From Mucilaginibacter sp. (GTDB taxonomy: Bacteria > Bacteroidota > Bacteroidia > Sphingobacteriales > Sphingobacteriaceae): a DNA stretch of 64,000 bases. Location: positions 17,306 through 81,305 of the forward strand of contig DASZVE010000015.1 in assembly GCA_035547095.1 (NCBI GenBank). Reading direction: 5' to 3'. Under the pieces are notes generated by a model. The model was given only the letters and a program-made list of their open reading frames with translations. It made no database searches and was not told where the DNA came from. How positions within the stretch are numbered: the stretch's first letter is position 1; each line of letters begins with the position of its first letter. Below, piece after piece: positions 17,925 to 26,835 of this stretch. The translations under genes were made by a program, and so were the position numbers.

Positions 17925-20462
17925 ATGGATACAGCTTTTAAGGGCGAACACCTTTTTCCGGGGCAGTTGGGCCAATTTTTTATCGTCCTGTCGTTCGGCT
18001 CGGCCCTTTTGGCGGCAATAAGTTATTACTTCGCAACTACAGACAAAACCGGCCTCAATAATTCCTGGCGCCGGCTGGGACGTATTGCTTATATTACCAA
18101 CCTTGCATCGGTTGTAGGTATCGGGGTCAGCCTTTTTTACATTATTTTCAACCACCTTTTCGAATACCATTACGCCTGGGAGCATTCCTCGAAGAGTCTG
18201 CCGGTATATTATATTATTTCCAGCTATTGGGAAGGCCAGGAGGGAAGCTTCTGGCTGTGGTGCTTCTGGCAGGGCGTTTTGGGAAACATACTCATCTGGA
18301 GAGCCAAATCGTGGGAAAGCCCGGTCATGACCGTTATCAGTCTTTCGCAGGCGCTGCTGGCGTCCATGCTGCTGGGCATCGAAATTTTTGGTTCCAGGAT
18401 AGGCAGCTCACCCTTTATTTTGCTGCGCGAGGCTATCGACCTGAGGGCCCAGGCCCCGATCTTTGCCAGCCGTCCGGATATGTATCACAATTATCTGAGC
18501 TATATTACGGACGGTAACGGCCTGAACCCTTTATTGCAGAATTACTGGATGGTGATCCACCCGCCCACGCTGTTCCTGGGTTTCGCATCCATGGTGGTGC
18601 CTTTTGCTTATGCCATTGCAGGCTTATGGCAAAAGAGATATAAAGAATGGGTTCAACCGGCTATTTCATACGCGTTGTTTGCCGTAATGGTGCTGGGGAC
18701 AGGCGTTATCATGGGTTCGTTTTGGGCTTACGAGTCGCTTAACTTCGGCGGCTTCTGGGCATGGGACCCGGTCGAGAATGCGGCTTTGATCCCCTGGCTG
18801 ACGCTGATCGGCGGCGTTCACGTAATGATCGTCTATAAAAACACCGGCCATTCCTATTTTACAGCAACTTTTCTTGTGCTCATCAGCTTCGTGCTGGTAT
18901 TGTACGCATCGTTCCTTACCCGTAGCGGCGTTTTGGGCGACACTTCGGTTCACGCTTTTACCGACCTGGGCATGTTCTGGCACCTGGTTACTGATGTTGC
19001 CGTATTCTTCGTGATAGCGGTTGTGTTGGTGATTATCCGCTGGAAAGAGTTGCCGATCGATAAAAAGGAAGAAGAAACCTATTCGCGCGAATTCTGGATG
19101 TTTGTGGGTGCGGTGTTCCTGGCGTTGTCGTGCCTGCAGCTGGTTATCGTTACTTCAATCCCCGTTTGGAATAAAATGTTCGGCACCAATATCGCTCCGC
19201 CGAACAACCCGGTAACACTTTACAACGTGTTCCAGGCCGCGTTCGCGGTTGTGGTTGCGTTACTGGCCGGGGTTACACAATTCCTGAAATATAAAAAGAC
19301 CGATTCGGGCAAGTTTTATATTACCGGCGCTGTTTACCTGGCGCTGGCTGTGCTTATCACGGCCCTGGTGGTGTATGTGAGCGGTATCTACCGGCTTCGT
19401 ATCGTGTTCAGCCTTACGATGCTGGCTGCGATTTATATGGTATTATCGAATATCAAAGTGCTGACCGATGCCTTTAAAGGCAAGATCAAGTTGGCGGGCT
19501 CGGCGGTGGCGCATATCGGTTTTGCCTTGATACTGGTGGGCGCTGTTATCGCTGCCGGCACAAGCAAAGTGGTTTCCATCAATAACACCGGCGAGCAGTA
19601 TTCGGCCGAGTTCGCTAAGCGTAACGACCCGAAGGAAAACATTATGCTTTATAAAAATACCCCCATTAAAATGGGAGACTACGTGGTTACGTATATCGGC
19701 GATTCCATTGCCATGCCGAACCACTACTTTAAGGTAGATTATAAACGCATGGATGCCAGCGGAAAAGTGGTGGAAGAATTTATGCTGAAACCAAATTCAC
19801 AAGCCAACCGCAAAATGGGCCTGGTTTCATCGCCTGATACCAAACATTACCTGCTGCACGACCTGTATACGCATGTAACCATGGCGCCCATCAAATTTGA
19901 CGACGATCCGCAGAATGACGACGCGCATAGCGAAGCGGAAGACGATAAGAATTACGATCCGCCGATCTCGCACGACATTGCCATCGGCGATACCATCCGT
20001 TACCGCGAGGGCTATATCGTTCTGGAAGGGCTGAATAAAAACGCCCATGTGGAAAATATACAGTTGGCCAAAAACGATATTGCCGTAGGCGCACAATTGA
20101 AGATTGTAACTAACGGCCGCGCGTTTACCGCCGAGCCGGTTTATATGATCAAGAACGGCAGCATGTTCGACTTCTCCCGCAAGATAGACGATGCGGGGTT
20201 AAAGCTGCGTTTTACGAAGATCGATCCTAAGGCAGGCAAGATGACGATCATGGTTTACCAGCAGCCCGAGAACCGCCGGCCATATATCGTAATGAAGGCC
20301 ATCGAGTTCCCTTATATCAACTTCTTCTGGTCGGGCACTATTATTATGGTTATCGGCTTCGTGCTATCGATACGCAGGAGGAATAAAGAGTTGAAGACGG
20401 TTCCAGCCGCACCTCAAACCCACAAAATTTCCAAACGGCCGAGCCCTCAGCAAGTCGGCTAA
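17925..20462 (+). CDS. ccmF: Cytochrome c heme lyase CcmF
   Basis: 845 aa. Contains WEGQEGSFWLWCFW and the WWD motif NFGGFWAWDPVENAALIPWL. Confidence 0.9.
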   Translation: MDTAFKGEHLFPGQLGQFFIVLSFGSALLAAISYYFATTDKTGLNNSWRRLGRIAYITNLASVVGIGVSLFYIIFNHLFEYHYAWEHSSKSLPVYYIISSYWEGQEGSFWLWCFWQGVLGNILIWRAKSWESPVMTVISLSQALLASMLLGIEIFGSRIGSSPFILLREAIDLRAQAPIFASRPDMYHNYLSYITDGNGLNPLLQNYWMVIHPPTLFLGFASMVVPFAYAIAGLWQKRYKEWVQPAISYALFAVMVLGTGVIMGSFWAYESLNFGGFWAWDPVENAALIPWLTLIGGVHVMIVYKNTGHSYFTATFLVLISFVLVLYASFLTRSGVLGDTSVHAFTDLGMFWHLVTDVAVFFVIAVVLVIIRWKELPIDKKEEETYSREFWMFVGAVFLALSCLQLVIVTSIPVWNKMFGTNIAPPNNPVTLYNVFQAAFAVVVALLAGVTQFLKYKKTDSGKFYITGAVYLALAVLITALVVYVSGIYRLRIVFSLTMLAAIYMVLSNIKVLTDAFKGKIKLAGSAVAHIGFALILVGAVIAAGTSKVVSINNTGEQYSAEFAKRNDPKENIMLYKNTPIKMGDYVVTYIGDSIAMPNHYFKVDYKRMDASGKVVEEFMLKPNSQANRKMGLVSSPDTKHYLLHDLYTHVTMAPIKFDDDPQNDDAHSEAEDDKNYDPPISHDIAIGDTIRYREGYIVLEGLNKNAHVENIQLAKNDIAVGAQLKIVTNGRAFTAEPVYMIKNGSMFDFSRKIDDAGLKLRFTKIDPKAGKMTIMVYQQPENRRPYIVMKAIEFPYINFFWSGTIIMVIGFVLSIRRRNKELKTVPAAPQTHKISKRPSPQQVG

Positions 20463-20470
20463 TGTTTATA

Positions 20471-20485
20471 AAACTTCGGAAGTTT
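20471..20485. repeat. 15-bp palindrome AAACTTC-G-GAAGTTT (copy 1 of 3)
   Basis: Lies 9 nt after the ccmF stop. Related copies are at 21251-21265 and 21318-21332. Confidence 0.8.
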
Positions 20486-20494
20486 GGTCTCGAT

Positions 20495-21208
20495 TTAATT
20501 GAATTTGGACGCGTCGGTAGTAGTTGTTCCAAACTTTATCCCAATATCTGTTAGAAATTTTTTAATGAGGTCGAATTGCTGATTGCAATATGCAGAGGTG
20601 AGGAAGAGTTTATTTGATTTTGACTCATAATTCATGCATTCAAAACAAACTTCGATGTAGTCAAATACTTTTCCCTCTTTATTATAGAAAACAAGTGCAT
20701 TGCGCGGCTCAAAACATTTTGTCCCAGGGTCGGGATTATAATTAGGTATTCTAACTCTTGTATTGAACACAATATTAGTTAGCCTATTGATCTCTTCGGG
20801 CGTCAATTGCTTTATTTCGAAAAGATTTGACATATCCAAAGTATCGCTATGAAAGATCAGGCCATGAGGTTTCCTTTTAACCTCTTTGGTAGTGTCATCC
20901 CCGATGTTTATGTCAACATTTGGCTCTGCGGAGCCATCATAAGAAATAGCTAAAATTTTAGCCGCTTTATTAAATGGATATTTCCGTAATCTTTGAGCTA
21001 TTGTATATTGATGCGTAAACACGCAGTCAGTGTAATATGGCTGGCTATCAGGTGGTTGGCCTATTGCGCGCGCCCAATTAGTATGCTTTTTATGATGTGT
21101 GTTTGGAATACGTTTTGTGGTATCTTTAAGCGCTGTTTTCTCAATCCCGAAAGCTTTTACGAAAACGGAGATCAACAGGATAGTGAGAATAATTTTAACG
21201 GAATGCAT
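20495..21208 (-). CDS. Hypothetical secreted protein (orphan, A+T-rich)
   Basis: 237 aa with an N-terminal signal-like segment and paired CxxC-like cysteines (CFEC, YC). GC is visibly lower than in the flanking genes. Confidence 0.5.
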   Translation of the reverse strand: MHSVKIILTILLISVFVKAFGIEKTALKDTTKRIPNTHHKKHTNWARAIGQPPDSQPYYTDCVFTHQYTIAQRLRKYPFNKAAKILAISYDGSAEPNVDINIGDDTTKEVKRKPHGLIFHSDTLDMSNLFEIKQLTPEEINRLTNIVFNTRVRIPNYNPDPGTKCFEPRNALVFYNKEGKVFDYIEVCFECMNYESKSNKLFLTSAYCNQQFDLIKKFLTDIGIKFGTTTTDASKFN

Positions 21209-21250
21209 AACTTTGCGGGCTTAGATATTGCAATTTAAGCAATCCGTCTA

Positions 21251-21332
21251 AAACTTACGAAGTTTTTAAACGGCGAAGCCCTCAACTGGGCCGCTAAAAG
21301 ACGAATTACTACGAGTTAAACTTCGTAAGTTT
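21251..21332. repeat. Palindrome copies 2 and 3 (21251-21265 and 21318-21332, exact reverse complements) flanking a diverged duplicate of the ccmF 3-prime end (21263-21297)
   Basis: The palindromes read aaacttacgaagttt and aaacttcgtaagttt. By hand count, 21263-21297 matches 20428-20462 at 26 of 35 ungapped positions. Confidence 0.7.
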
Positions 21333-21339
21333 GCCCCTA

Positions 21340-22122
21340 ATGCGCATCACTATTATCGGTTCGGGCAATGTGGCCACACATTTGGCGGCAGCGTTCAAAA
21401 ACGCCGGGCATAATATCGTGCAGGTATACAGCCGCGATATGCAGCATGCCGCCATGCTGGCCTATCATGTTAAAGCCGAACCGATCGATGATCTTGATTC
21501 GATAAATCATGCTACCGATATTTTCATTATATCAATTAAAGATGATGCAATAAGGGACATCGCCAAAAAGCTGGCTAAGTATGATGCGGTGATCGCTCAT
21601 ACTTCTGGCGCTACATCGCTGCAAGATATAATGGCATACACGGACAAAGCGGGTGTATTATATCCCTTGCAAACTTTCAGCAAAACGCGGGAGCTTGATT
21701 TCCGCACGGTTCCGCTTTGCATAGAGGGTGCGACTGAAGAGATAACCAGCCAACTGATTGATCTCGGGCGGACCATTTCCAATCATGTTTACCGCGTCGA
21801 TTCCGGTCAGCGTAAAATATTGCACATGGCGGCCGTTTTTGCATGTAATTTTCCGAATTACCTGTATTACGCTGCGAGGCAATTATTGCAGCAGCATAAC
21901 CTCGATTTTAACATGCTGCGGCCCCTGATACTGGAAACCGCCGAAAAAGTACAGGAACACCTGCCTGTCAACGTTCAAACCGGTCCGGCTATACGGAACG
22001 ACGAAAAAACCATGGCCGCGCACCTGCAATTATTACAGGATAACCCTGAGCTGCAAGACCTTTACCGGCAGATAAGTCAGTTGATTATCAAAATGGATAA
22101 AGGCGGGCACGCCGGCGTATAA
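21340..22122 (+). CDS. Rossmann-fold NAD(P)-binding protein with a DUF2520-like C-terminal domain
   Basis: ITIIGSGNVATHLAAAFKNAGHNIVQVYSR is a GxGxxA/G dinucleotide fold. Start taken at ATG 21340. Confidence 0.65.
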   Translation: MRITIIGSGNVATHLAAAFKNAGHNIVQVYSRDMQHAAMLAYHVKAEPIDDLDSINHATDIFIISIKDDAIRDIAKKLAKYDAVIAHTSGATSLQDIMAYTDKAGVLYPLQTFSKTRELDFRTVPLCIEGATEEITSQLIDLGRTISNHVYRVDSGQRKILHMAAVFACNFPNYLYYAARQLLQQHNLDFNMLRPLILETAEKVQEHLPVNVQTGPAIRNDEKTMAAHLQLLQDNPELQDLYRQISQLIIKMDKGGHAGV

Positions 22123-22141
22123 TTTTGTTACTTTTGCGCCA

Positions 22142-22474
22142 ATGGACATCTATAATTTAAAGATTAGCTTTGAGGAGGAGGGACACGAACCGGTTGAACT
22201 GCCCATTGCCGAAGGCGAATCTGTGCTTGACGTTTGCCTGGAAAATGGGATTGAATTGCAGCATAATTGCGGCGGCGTTTGCGGCTGCAGCACCTGCCAT
22301 ATTTATGTGAACCAGGGGATGGACAATATCCAGGAAATATCGGACAAAGAGGAAGATTTCATAGACCGCGCGGTTAACCCTCGCATCAACTCGCGCCTGG
22401 GCTGCCAGTGCGTTGTGATCGATGGCAACATTGAGGTTACACTGCCGGACCAGTCGAATTTTCTGGGCCATTGA
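22142..22474 (+). CDS. fdx: [2Fe-2S] ferredoxin, ISC/adrenodoxin type
   Basis: The Cys ligand pattern is CGGVCGCSTCH ... LGCQC. Confidence 0.85.
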   Translation: MDIYNLKISFEEEGHEPVELPIAEGESVLDVCLENGIELQHNCGGVCGCSTCHIYVNQGMDNIQEISDKEEDFIDRAVNPRINSRLGCQCVVIDGNIEVTLPDQSNFLGH

Positions 22475-22483
22475 CCTTTTGGG

Positions 22484-22557
22484 GTTGTACGTTAGACGTA
22501 GAATCCTGGTAATAGAAAAATTAAAAACGTATAACGTAGCACGTACAACGTAAAACA
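22484..22557. repeat. Heptad word arrays TNNNACG in the fdx/iscX spacer
   Basis: The left array reads ttgtacg ttagacg tagaatc. The right array reads aaaaacg tataacg tagcacg tacaacg taaaaca. gttgtacgt (22484-22492) is complementary to acgtacaac (22541-22549). Confidence 0.7.
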
Positions 22558-22560
22558 TAT

Positions 22561-22803
22561 ATGACAGACGACAAATACGCCCTGCCTATCCACTGGAACG
22601 ATTACGAGGACATTGCTATAGAGCTTTATGAGAAGTTCGGCGATGATTTCGACGAGTCGAAAATATACCGCATCCGTTTTACCGACCTCCTGGAATGGGT
22701 GTTAAGCCTGCCTAACTTTAAGGGTACGCGTGAAGAGTCGAACGAGGGTCACCTGGAGCAGATACAGTCGGCCTGGGTATATGAGTGGCGGGACCACCAG
22801 TAG
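22561..22803 (+). CDS. iscX: Fe-S assembly protein IscX-like
   Basis: 80 aa and acidic. WNDYEDIAIELYEKFGDDFD...IRFTDLLEWV resembles IscX/YfhJ. It sits after fdx, as in isc operons. Confidence 0.6.
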   Translation: MTDDKYALPIHWNDYEDIAIELYEKFGDDFDESKIYRIRFTDLLEWVLSLPNFKGTREESNEGHLEQIQSAWVYEWRDHQ

Positions 22804-22838
22804 GTAGTTTGCAGTTGGCAGTCGTCAGTTTGCATTCC
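22804..22838 (+). repeat. Heptad word array GCAGTTN (5 units), directly after the iscX stop
   Basis: The units read gtagttt gcagttg gcagtcg tcagttt gcattcc. Confidence 0.7.
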
Positions 22839-22904
22839 CTATCGTTGCAATCTCAAACAAATCGGTAAAGTTCTCGCTTAATAATCGGTGTAATCATTCT
22901 TAAA

Positions 22905-23426
22905 GTGGAATCATTTCTAAGTAAGCTCAAAGATATTTCGACGTTTGTTTTTGATGTCGACGGTGTTATTACGGACGGGACAGTGTATGTTACCGAGAGC
23001 GGCGAACAGTTCAAGTCGTTCAACATCAAGGATGGTTATGCATTGCAACTGGCGGTAAAGTTAGGATACAATGTTTGCGCCATTTCGGGCAGCCGCTCTA
23101 AAGCGTCGCTTTACAGGCTCAATAGCCTTGGCGTAATGGACGTGTTGGTCGGCGCGCATAAAAAATCGGACAATTTCAATTCTTACCTCGAGTCGAAGCA
23201 CGTGGGGCCGCTCAGCACGTTGTATATGGGCGACGACATAACCGACCTGGCAGCAATGAAACTGGCCGGCTTGCCCGTATGCCCGGCCGATGCAGCCGAA
23301 GAGATCAAGGCCATTAGCTATTATATATCTCCGTTTCCGGGTGGAAAGGGCGCCGTACGCGACGTAATCGAAAAGGTAATGAAGGTGCAGGGTAAATGGT
23401 TAAATGACGAGGCATATAGCTGGTAA
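22905..23426 (+). CDS. kdsC: KDO 8-phosphate phosphatase (HAD-IIIA)
   Basis: Contains FVFDVDGVITDG, KDGYAL and YMGDDITDLAAMKLAGLPVCPADA. The start codon is GTG. Confidence 0.8.
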   Translation: MESFLSKLKDISTFVFDVDGVITDGTVYVTESGEQFKSFNIKDGYALQLAVKLGYNVCAISGSRSKASLYRLNSLGVMDVLVGAHKKSDNFNSYLESKHVGPLSTLYMGDDITDLAAMKLAGLPVCPADAAEEIKAISYYISPFPGGKGAVRDVIEKVMKVQGKWLNDEAYSW

Positions 23427-23505
23427 TTGGTCAATGGTCGATTGACGATAGTCCATAGCCGATTCAGATGATAAAAACAATGGACCATGGACTATGGTCA
23501 ATGGA
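23423..23505. repeat. Heptad word array GNCNATN (23423-23464) and complementary CNATGGN array (23478-23505)
   Basis: The left array reads gtaattg gtcaatg gtcgatt gacgata gtccata gccgatt. The right array reads caatgga ccatgga ctatggt caatgga. Confidence 0.75.
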
Positions 23506-23514
23506 CGAAAATTA

Positions 23515-24087
23515 ATGAACCATAAAATCATACTCGCTTCTAAATCTCCCCGCCGGCAGGAACTGTTGCGCCTGATGGACGTGGATTTCCGGATTGTACT
23601 GAAAGACGTCGACGAATCCTATCCTGACCATCTCAGTCCCCAGGAGATAGCCGTTTACATTGCCCGGAAAAAGGCTGAAGCTTATGACGAGACTATAGGT
23701 AACGAGATCGTACTTACCGCCGATACTATCGTAGCGGTCGATGGGCAAATACTCGGTAAACCCGAAAGCAAGGAGCATGCAAAGCAAATGCTGCGGACGC
23801 TTTCGGGGAAAGTGCACCGGGTGGTTACTGGCGTTTGCCTGCTTTATAAACATCAATATAATTTGTTCCACGATGTTTCGGAAGTGTTCTTCAGGAAACT
23901 GACCGATGCCGAGATCGATTTTTACGTCGAAAAATATGCGCCGCTCGACAAAGCTGGCGCCTACGGCATACAGGAATGGATTGGCCTGGTAGGCATCGAA
24001 AGGATCGATGGCTCATATACCAACGTGGTTGGCCTTCCGACAGAAAAATTATACCAGCAGCTTATCAAACTATCTTCCGGCAAATAA
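23515..24087 (+). CDS. maf: Maf-family nucleoside triphosphate pyrophosphatase
   Basis: Contains ILASKSPRRQELL...TADTIV...GKP...AGAYGIQ. The start is taken at ATG 23515, past the repeat. Confidence 0.9.
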   Translation: MNHKIILASKSPRRQELLRLMDVDFRIVLKDVDESYPDHLSPQEIAVYIARKKAEAYDETIGNEIVLTADTIVAVDGQILGKPESKEHAKQMLRTLSGKVHRVVTGVCLLYKHQYNLFHDVSEVFFRKLTDAEIDFYVEKYAPLDKAGAYGIQEWIGLVGIERIDGSYTNVVGLPTEKLYQQLIKLSSGK

Positions 24088-24127
24088 TTTTATTAAATTT
24101 ATTCCGTAACTCCTTATTATACGGCGT

Positions 24128-24658
24128 ATGGAAGATCCGGAAGTACCGACCGAGCACTTGCACGAACATATACACGAGGCCGCGCACCACAACCAGGATA
24201 AATGGTCGATGCGGGTAGCTATTTCTACGGCGTTTATGGCTGCGTTTGCAGCGGTAAGCAGCCTGATGGCCGGGCACCAGTCAAACGAGGCGTTGATCAC
24301 GCAGGTAAAGGCGTCGGACCAATGGTCATATTACAATGCCAAAGGCATAAAAGCCGAGGTCGCTGATGCGGTATTGCAATTGAAAAACGAAAAACTGGAT
24401 ACCTCAAAAATGGCTGTTGCAAGAAAGGCCAAACTGAAAAAAGATCAGGAAAAGATACAGGAGGAAGCCCGTGCCCTTGAAAAAGAATCGGCGGAACACC
24501 TGGAAAAGGACATGATCCTTGCGCGCGGAGTTACATTTTTTCAGATCGCTATTTCCATCTCTGCAATATCGCTGCTGGCCAGGAAAAAATCATTATGGTA
24601 CGTCAGCCTGGGCCTTTTCGCCATAGGGATCGTCCAGTTTATAATTGGGTTAGTGTAG
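24128..24658 (+). CDS. DUF4337-like membrane protein
   Basis: A His-rich N-terminus, a coiled middle part and two TM segments. The family name is from memory of a similar architecture. Confidence 0.5.
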   Translation: MEDPEVPTEHLHEHIHEAAHHNQDKWSMRVAISTAFMAAFAAVSSLMAGHQSNEALITQVKASDQWSYYNAKGIKAEVADAVLQLKNEKLDTSKMAVARKAKLKKDQEKIQEEARALEKESAEHLEKDMILARGVTFFQIAISISAISLLARKKSLWYVSLGLFAIGIVQFIIGLV

Positions 24659-24671
24659 CCAAAGTGGTTTG

Positions 24672-24696
24672 ATGACTATGAAAAGATCATAGTCAT
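24672..24696. terminator. Hairpin between convergent genes (10-bp stem, 5-nt loop, no clear U tract)
   Basis: The sequence reads atgactatga aaaga tcatagtcat. Confidence 0.4.
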
Positions 24697-24724
24697 TCGA
24701 AAACCGGCAACATCTTAATACGGA

Positions 24725-26722
24725 CTATTTAAATACAAATCCGTTGTTGCCCCGGTTAATATCAGGCAGTGCCGCGTCCGGGTCTACAACCACACTTTTC
24801 ACCTCAGCCTTGGTAGGCACAATAAACGAAACCATCCTGTTTTGCAGCCAGGCTTCAACAGGTACCTGCATGCGCTGTTTGGAACCATCCCGCAGGGTTA
24901 CTTCAACCGTAAACGGCATGGCCATCTGTTCCAGGTTAGCTACGGTTACCTTAAGCCCCTGTTTCGGGTCGTTGTTCACATATTCTGCGCCCACAAGTTC
25001 CAGGTCGAGCAGCAGGTTATTATAGAACCAGCCTTTCCAGAACCAGGACAGGTCTTCACCCGCTCCGTTATCCATGCAGCGGAAAAAGTCGTCGGGTTGG
25101 GGATGTTTGAAGGCCCATTTGCTGATGTAATTTCTGAACGCATAATCGAACCGGTCGTGTCCCAGTATCTGTTCGCGAAGCAGCACTAATCCGAACGCCG
25201 GCTTAAAATATTCTATCGGGTGGCGGTACTTTTCAGGCACCGCGTCCGCTGCCGTCATAATCGTAGGTGCATCCGGGTCAGCCAGCGTCGGGATGATCTC
25301 ATGCGCCGGGTTGCGGCCGCCCGGCGCGTACTCAGCGTCCCGCTTGGGGCCATATTCGCCGTTGTTAAAAGCATCTGCGGCATATACGTCAATAAAGGTA
25401 TTAAATCCCTCGTCCATAAAAGCATACCGGCGCTCGTCCGAGCCGACGATCATCGGGAACCAGTTATGGCCTATCTCGTGCGCTGTTACCCAGTACAGTT
25501 CTTTGGTCTTGTCGGTTATCCCGTCGAAAACGATTCCAGGATATTCCATGCCGCCGGCAATACCAGCCTCATTCACAGCCACGGGATACGGGTATACATA
25601 CCACTTTTCGGAGAAATATTCGATAGATTTTTTCAGGTATTCCGTTGCGCGGCCCCACGCGGTGTCGCCGGCGCTTTCAATAGGATAAACCGACATCGCC
25701 AGCGACTTTTTACCGCCGGGCAGATTTACTCTTGCAGCATCCCATACATAGGCCCTTGATGCACCGAAAGCTACATCCCGCGTGTTGTTCATACGGAAAT
25801 GCCAGGTCAGAGTGCCTTTATGCACCGGCCGGGAAGCCGGGTCGGTAACTTCGTTCACCTCGCGGATCATTACCGTTTTGTCGCTGTTGCGCGCCGAAGC
25901 CAGCCTGCTCATCTCTTTTTGAGTAAGTACTTCATTCGGGTTAAGCAACTCGCCCGATCCGGCCACGATCATGTCCCAGGGCACGGTTACCGAATAATCG
26001 ATGTTACCATATTCCAGGTAAAATTCTCCGCTGCCCAGGAAGGGCAGGGTATCCCAGCCCTGGCTGTCGTCAAATACGCACATGCGTGGATACCATTGCG
26101 CAATTTCATATATCTTGCCGTTTTTGGTATCGGTATAGTCCGTCCTTCCTCCAAAAGCGGCAGGTATCGTATAATGGTATTTTATAAATATTTTGATAAT
26201 GCTTCCGTTACCCTGCAGGGCCTTTGGCAGCCTGATCTGCATCCTCGTGTCACTAATAATAAAATTAGCCCGTTCCTGTAACTTGCCATTGCTTACCGTT
26301 ACCGACTCGATTTGATAACCATCGGTATGCTGGTTAGGGCTGGCCGTAAAATCGGTATAAAAGTTCGACCGGGCGCCCTGCTTATAGGTGTTTTGGTCCA
26401 ACTGCAACCATAAAAATTGCAACGCGTAGGGACTATTATTGGTATAATCGATATTTTCAGTCGCACTCAGGGTTTTGCTCGTCGTATCGATACCCGCCTT
26501 GATCTGGTAATCCGCGCGATTCTGCCAGTATTTTGGTCCCGGCTCACCGTTTGACGCATGGCGCTCGTTCCCGCGTTCCGGATAAAATGATGGCGAAAAC
26601 AGGTCGGCTGGCTGATAGTTGGACACGATGGTATCCACTGTTACAGGACGGCGCTTGCGCTGCGCCTGTGCCGAAAGTACAATGCAGGTGAGCAATAGGG
26701 GTACAACGAACTTGGTTTTCAT
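24725..26722 (-). CDS. M1-family zinc metallopeptidase (aminopeptidase N-like), secreted
   Basis: Has HEIGHNWF plus the downstream glutamate in MDEGFNTF (HExxH-18-E), and a signal peptide. Confidence 0.9.
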   Translation of the reverse strand: MKTKFVVPLLLTCIVLSAQAQRKRRPVTVDTIVSNYQPADLFSPSFYPERGNERHASNGEPGPKYWQNRADYQIKAGIDTTSKTLSATENIDYTNNSPYALQFLWLQLDQNTYKQGARSNFYTDFTASPNQHTDGYQIESVTVSNGKLQERANFIISDTRMQIRLPKALQGNGSIIKIFIKYHYTIPAAFGGRTDYTDTKNGKIYEIAQWYPRMCVFDDSQGWDTLPFLGSGEFYLEYGNIDYSVTVPWDMIVAGSGELLNPNEVLTQKEMSRLASARNSDKTVMIREVNEVTDPASRPVHKGTLTWHFRMNNTRDVAFGASRAYVWDAARVNLPGGKKSLAMSVYPIESAGDTAWGRATEYLKKSIEYFSEKWYVYPYPVAVNEAGIAGGMEYPGIVFDGITDKTKELYWVTAHEIGHNWFPMIVGSDERRYAFMDEGFNTFIDVYAADAFNNGEYGPKRDAEYAPGGRNPAHEIIPTLADPDAPTIMTAADAVPEKYRHPIEYFKPAFGLVLLREQILGHDRFDYAFRNYISKWAFKHPQPDDFFRCMDNGAGEDLSWFWKGWFYNNLLLDLELVGAEYVNNDPKQGLKVTVANLEQMAMPFTVEVTLRDGSKQRMQVPVEAWLQNRMVSFIVPTKAEVKSVVVDPDAALPDINRGNNGFVFK

Positions 26723-26835
26723 GCGGCTTCGGTAATTATTAAGGATGCAATATACAAAGGATGGGTAAATTTTTAAGGATACATACGAATGATATGGCCG
26801 TTTAATAACTTAGTCTGAAAATTTCATAGGATAAC

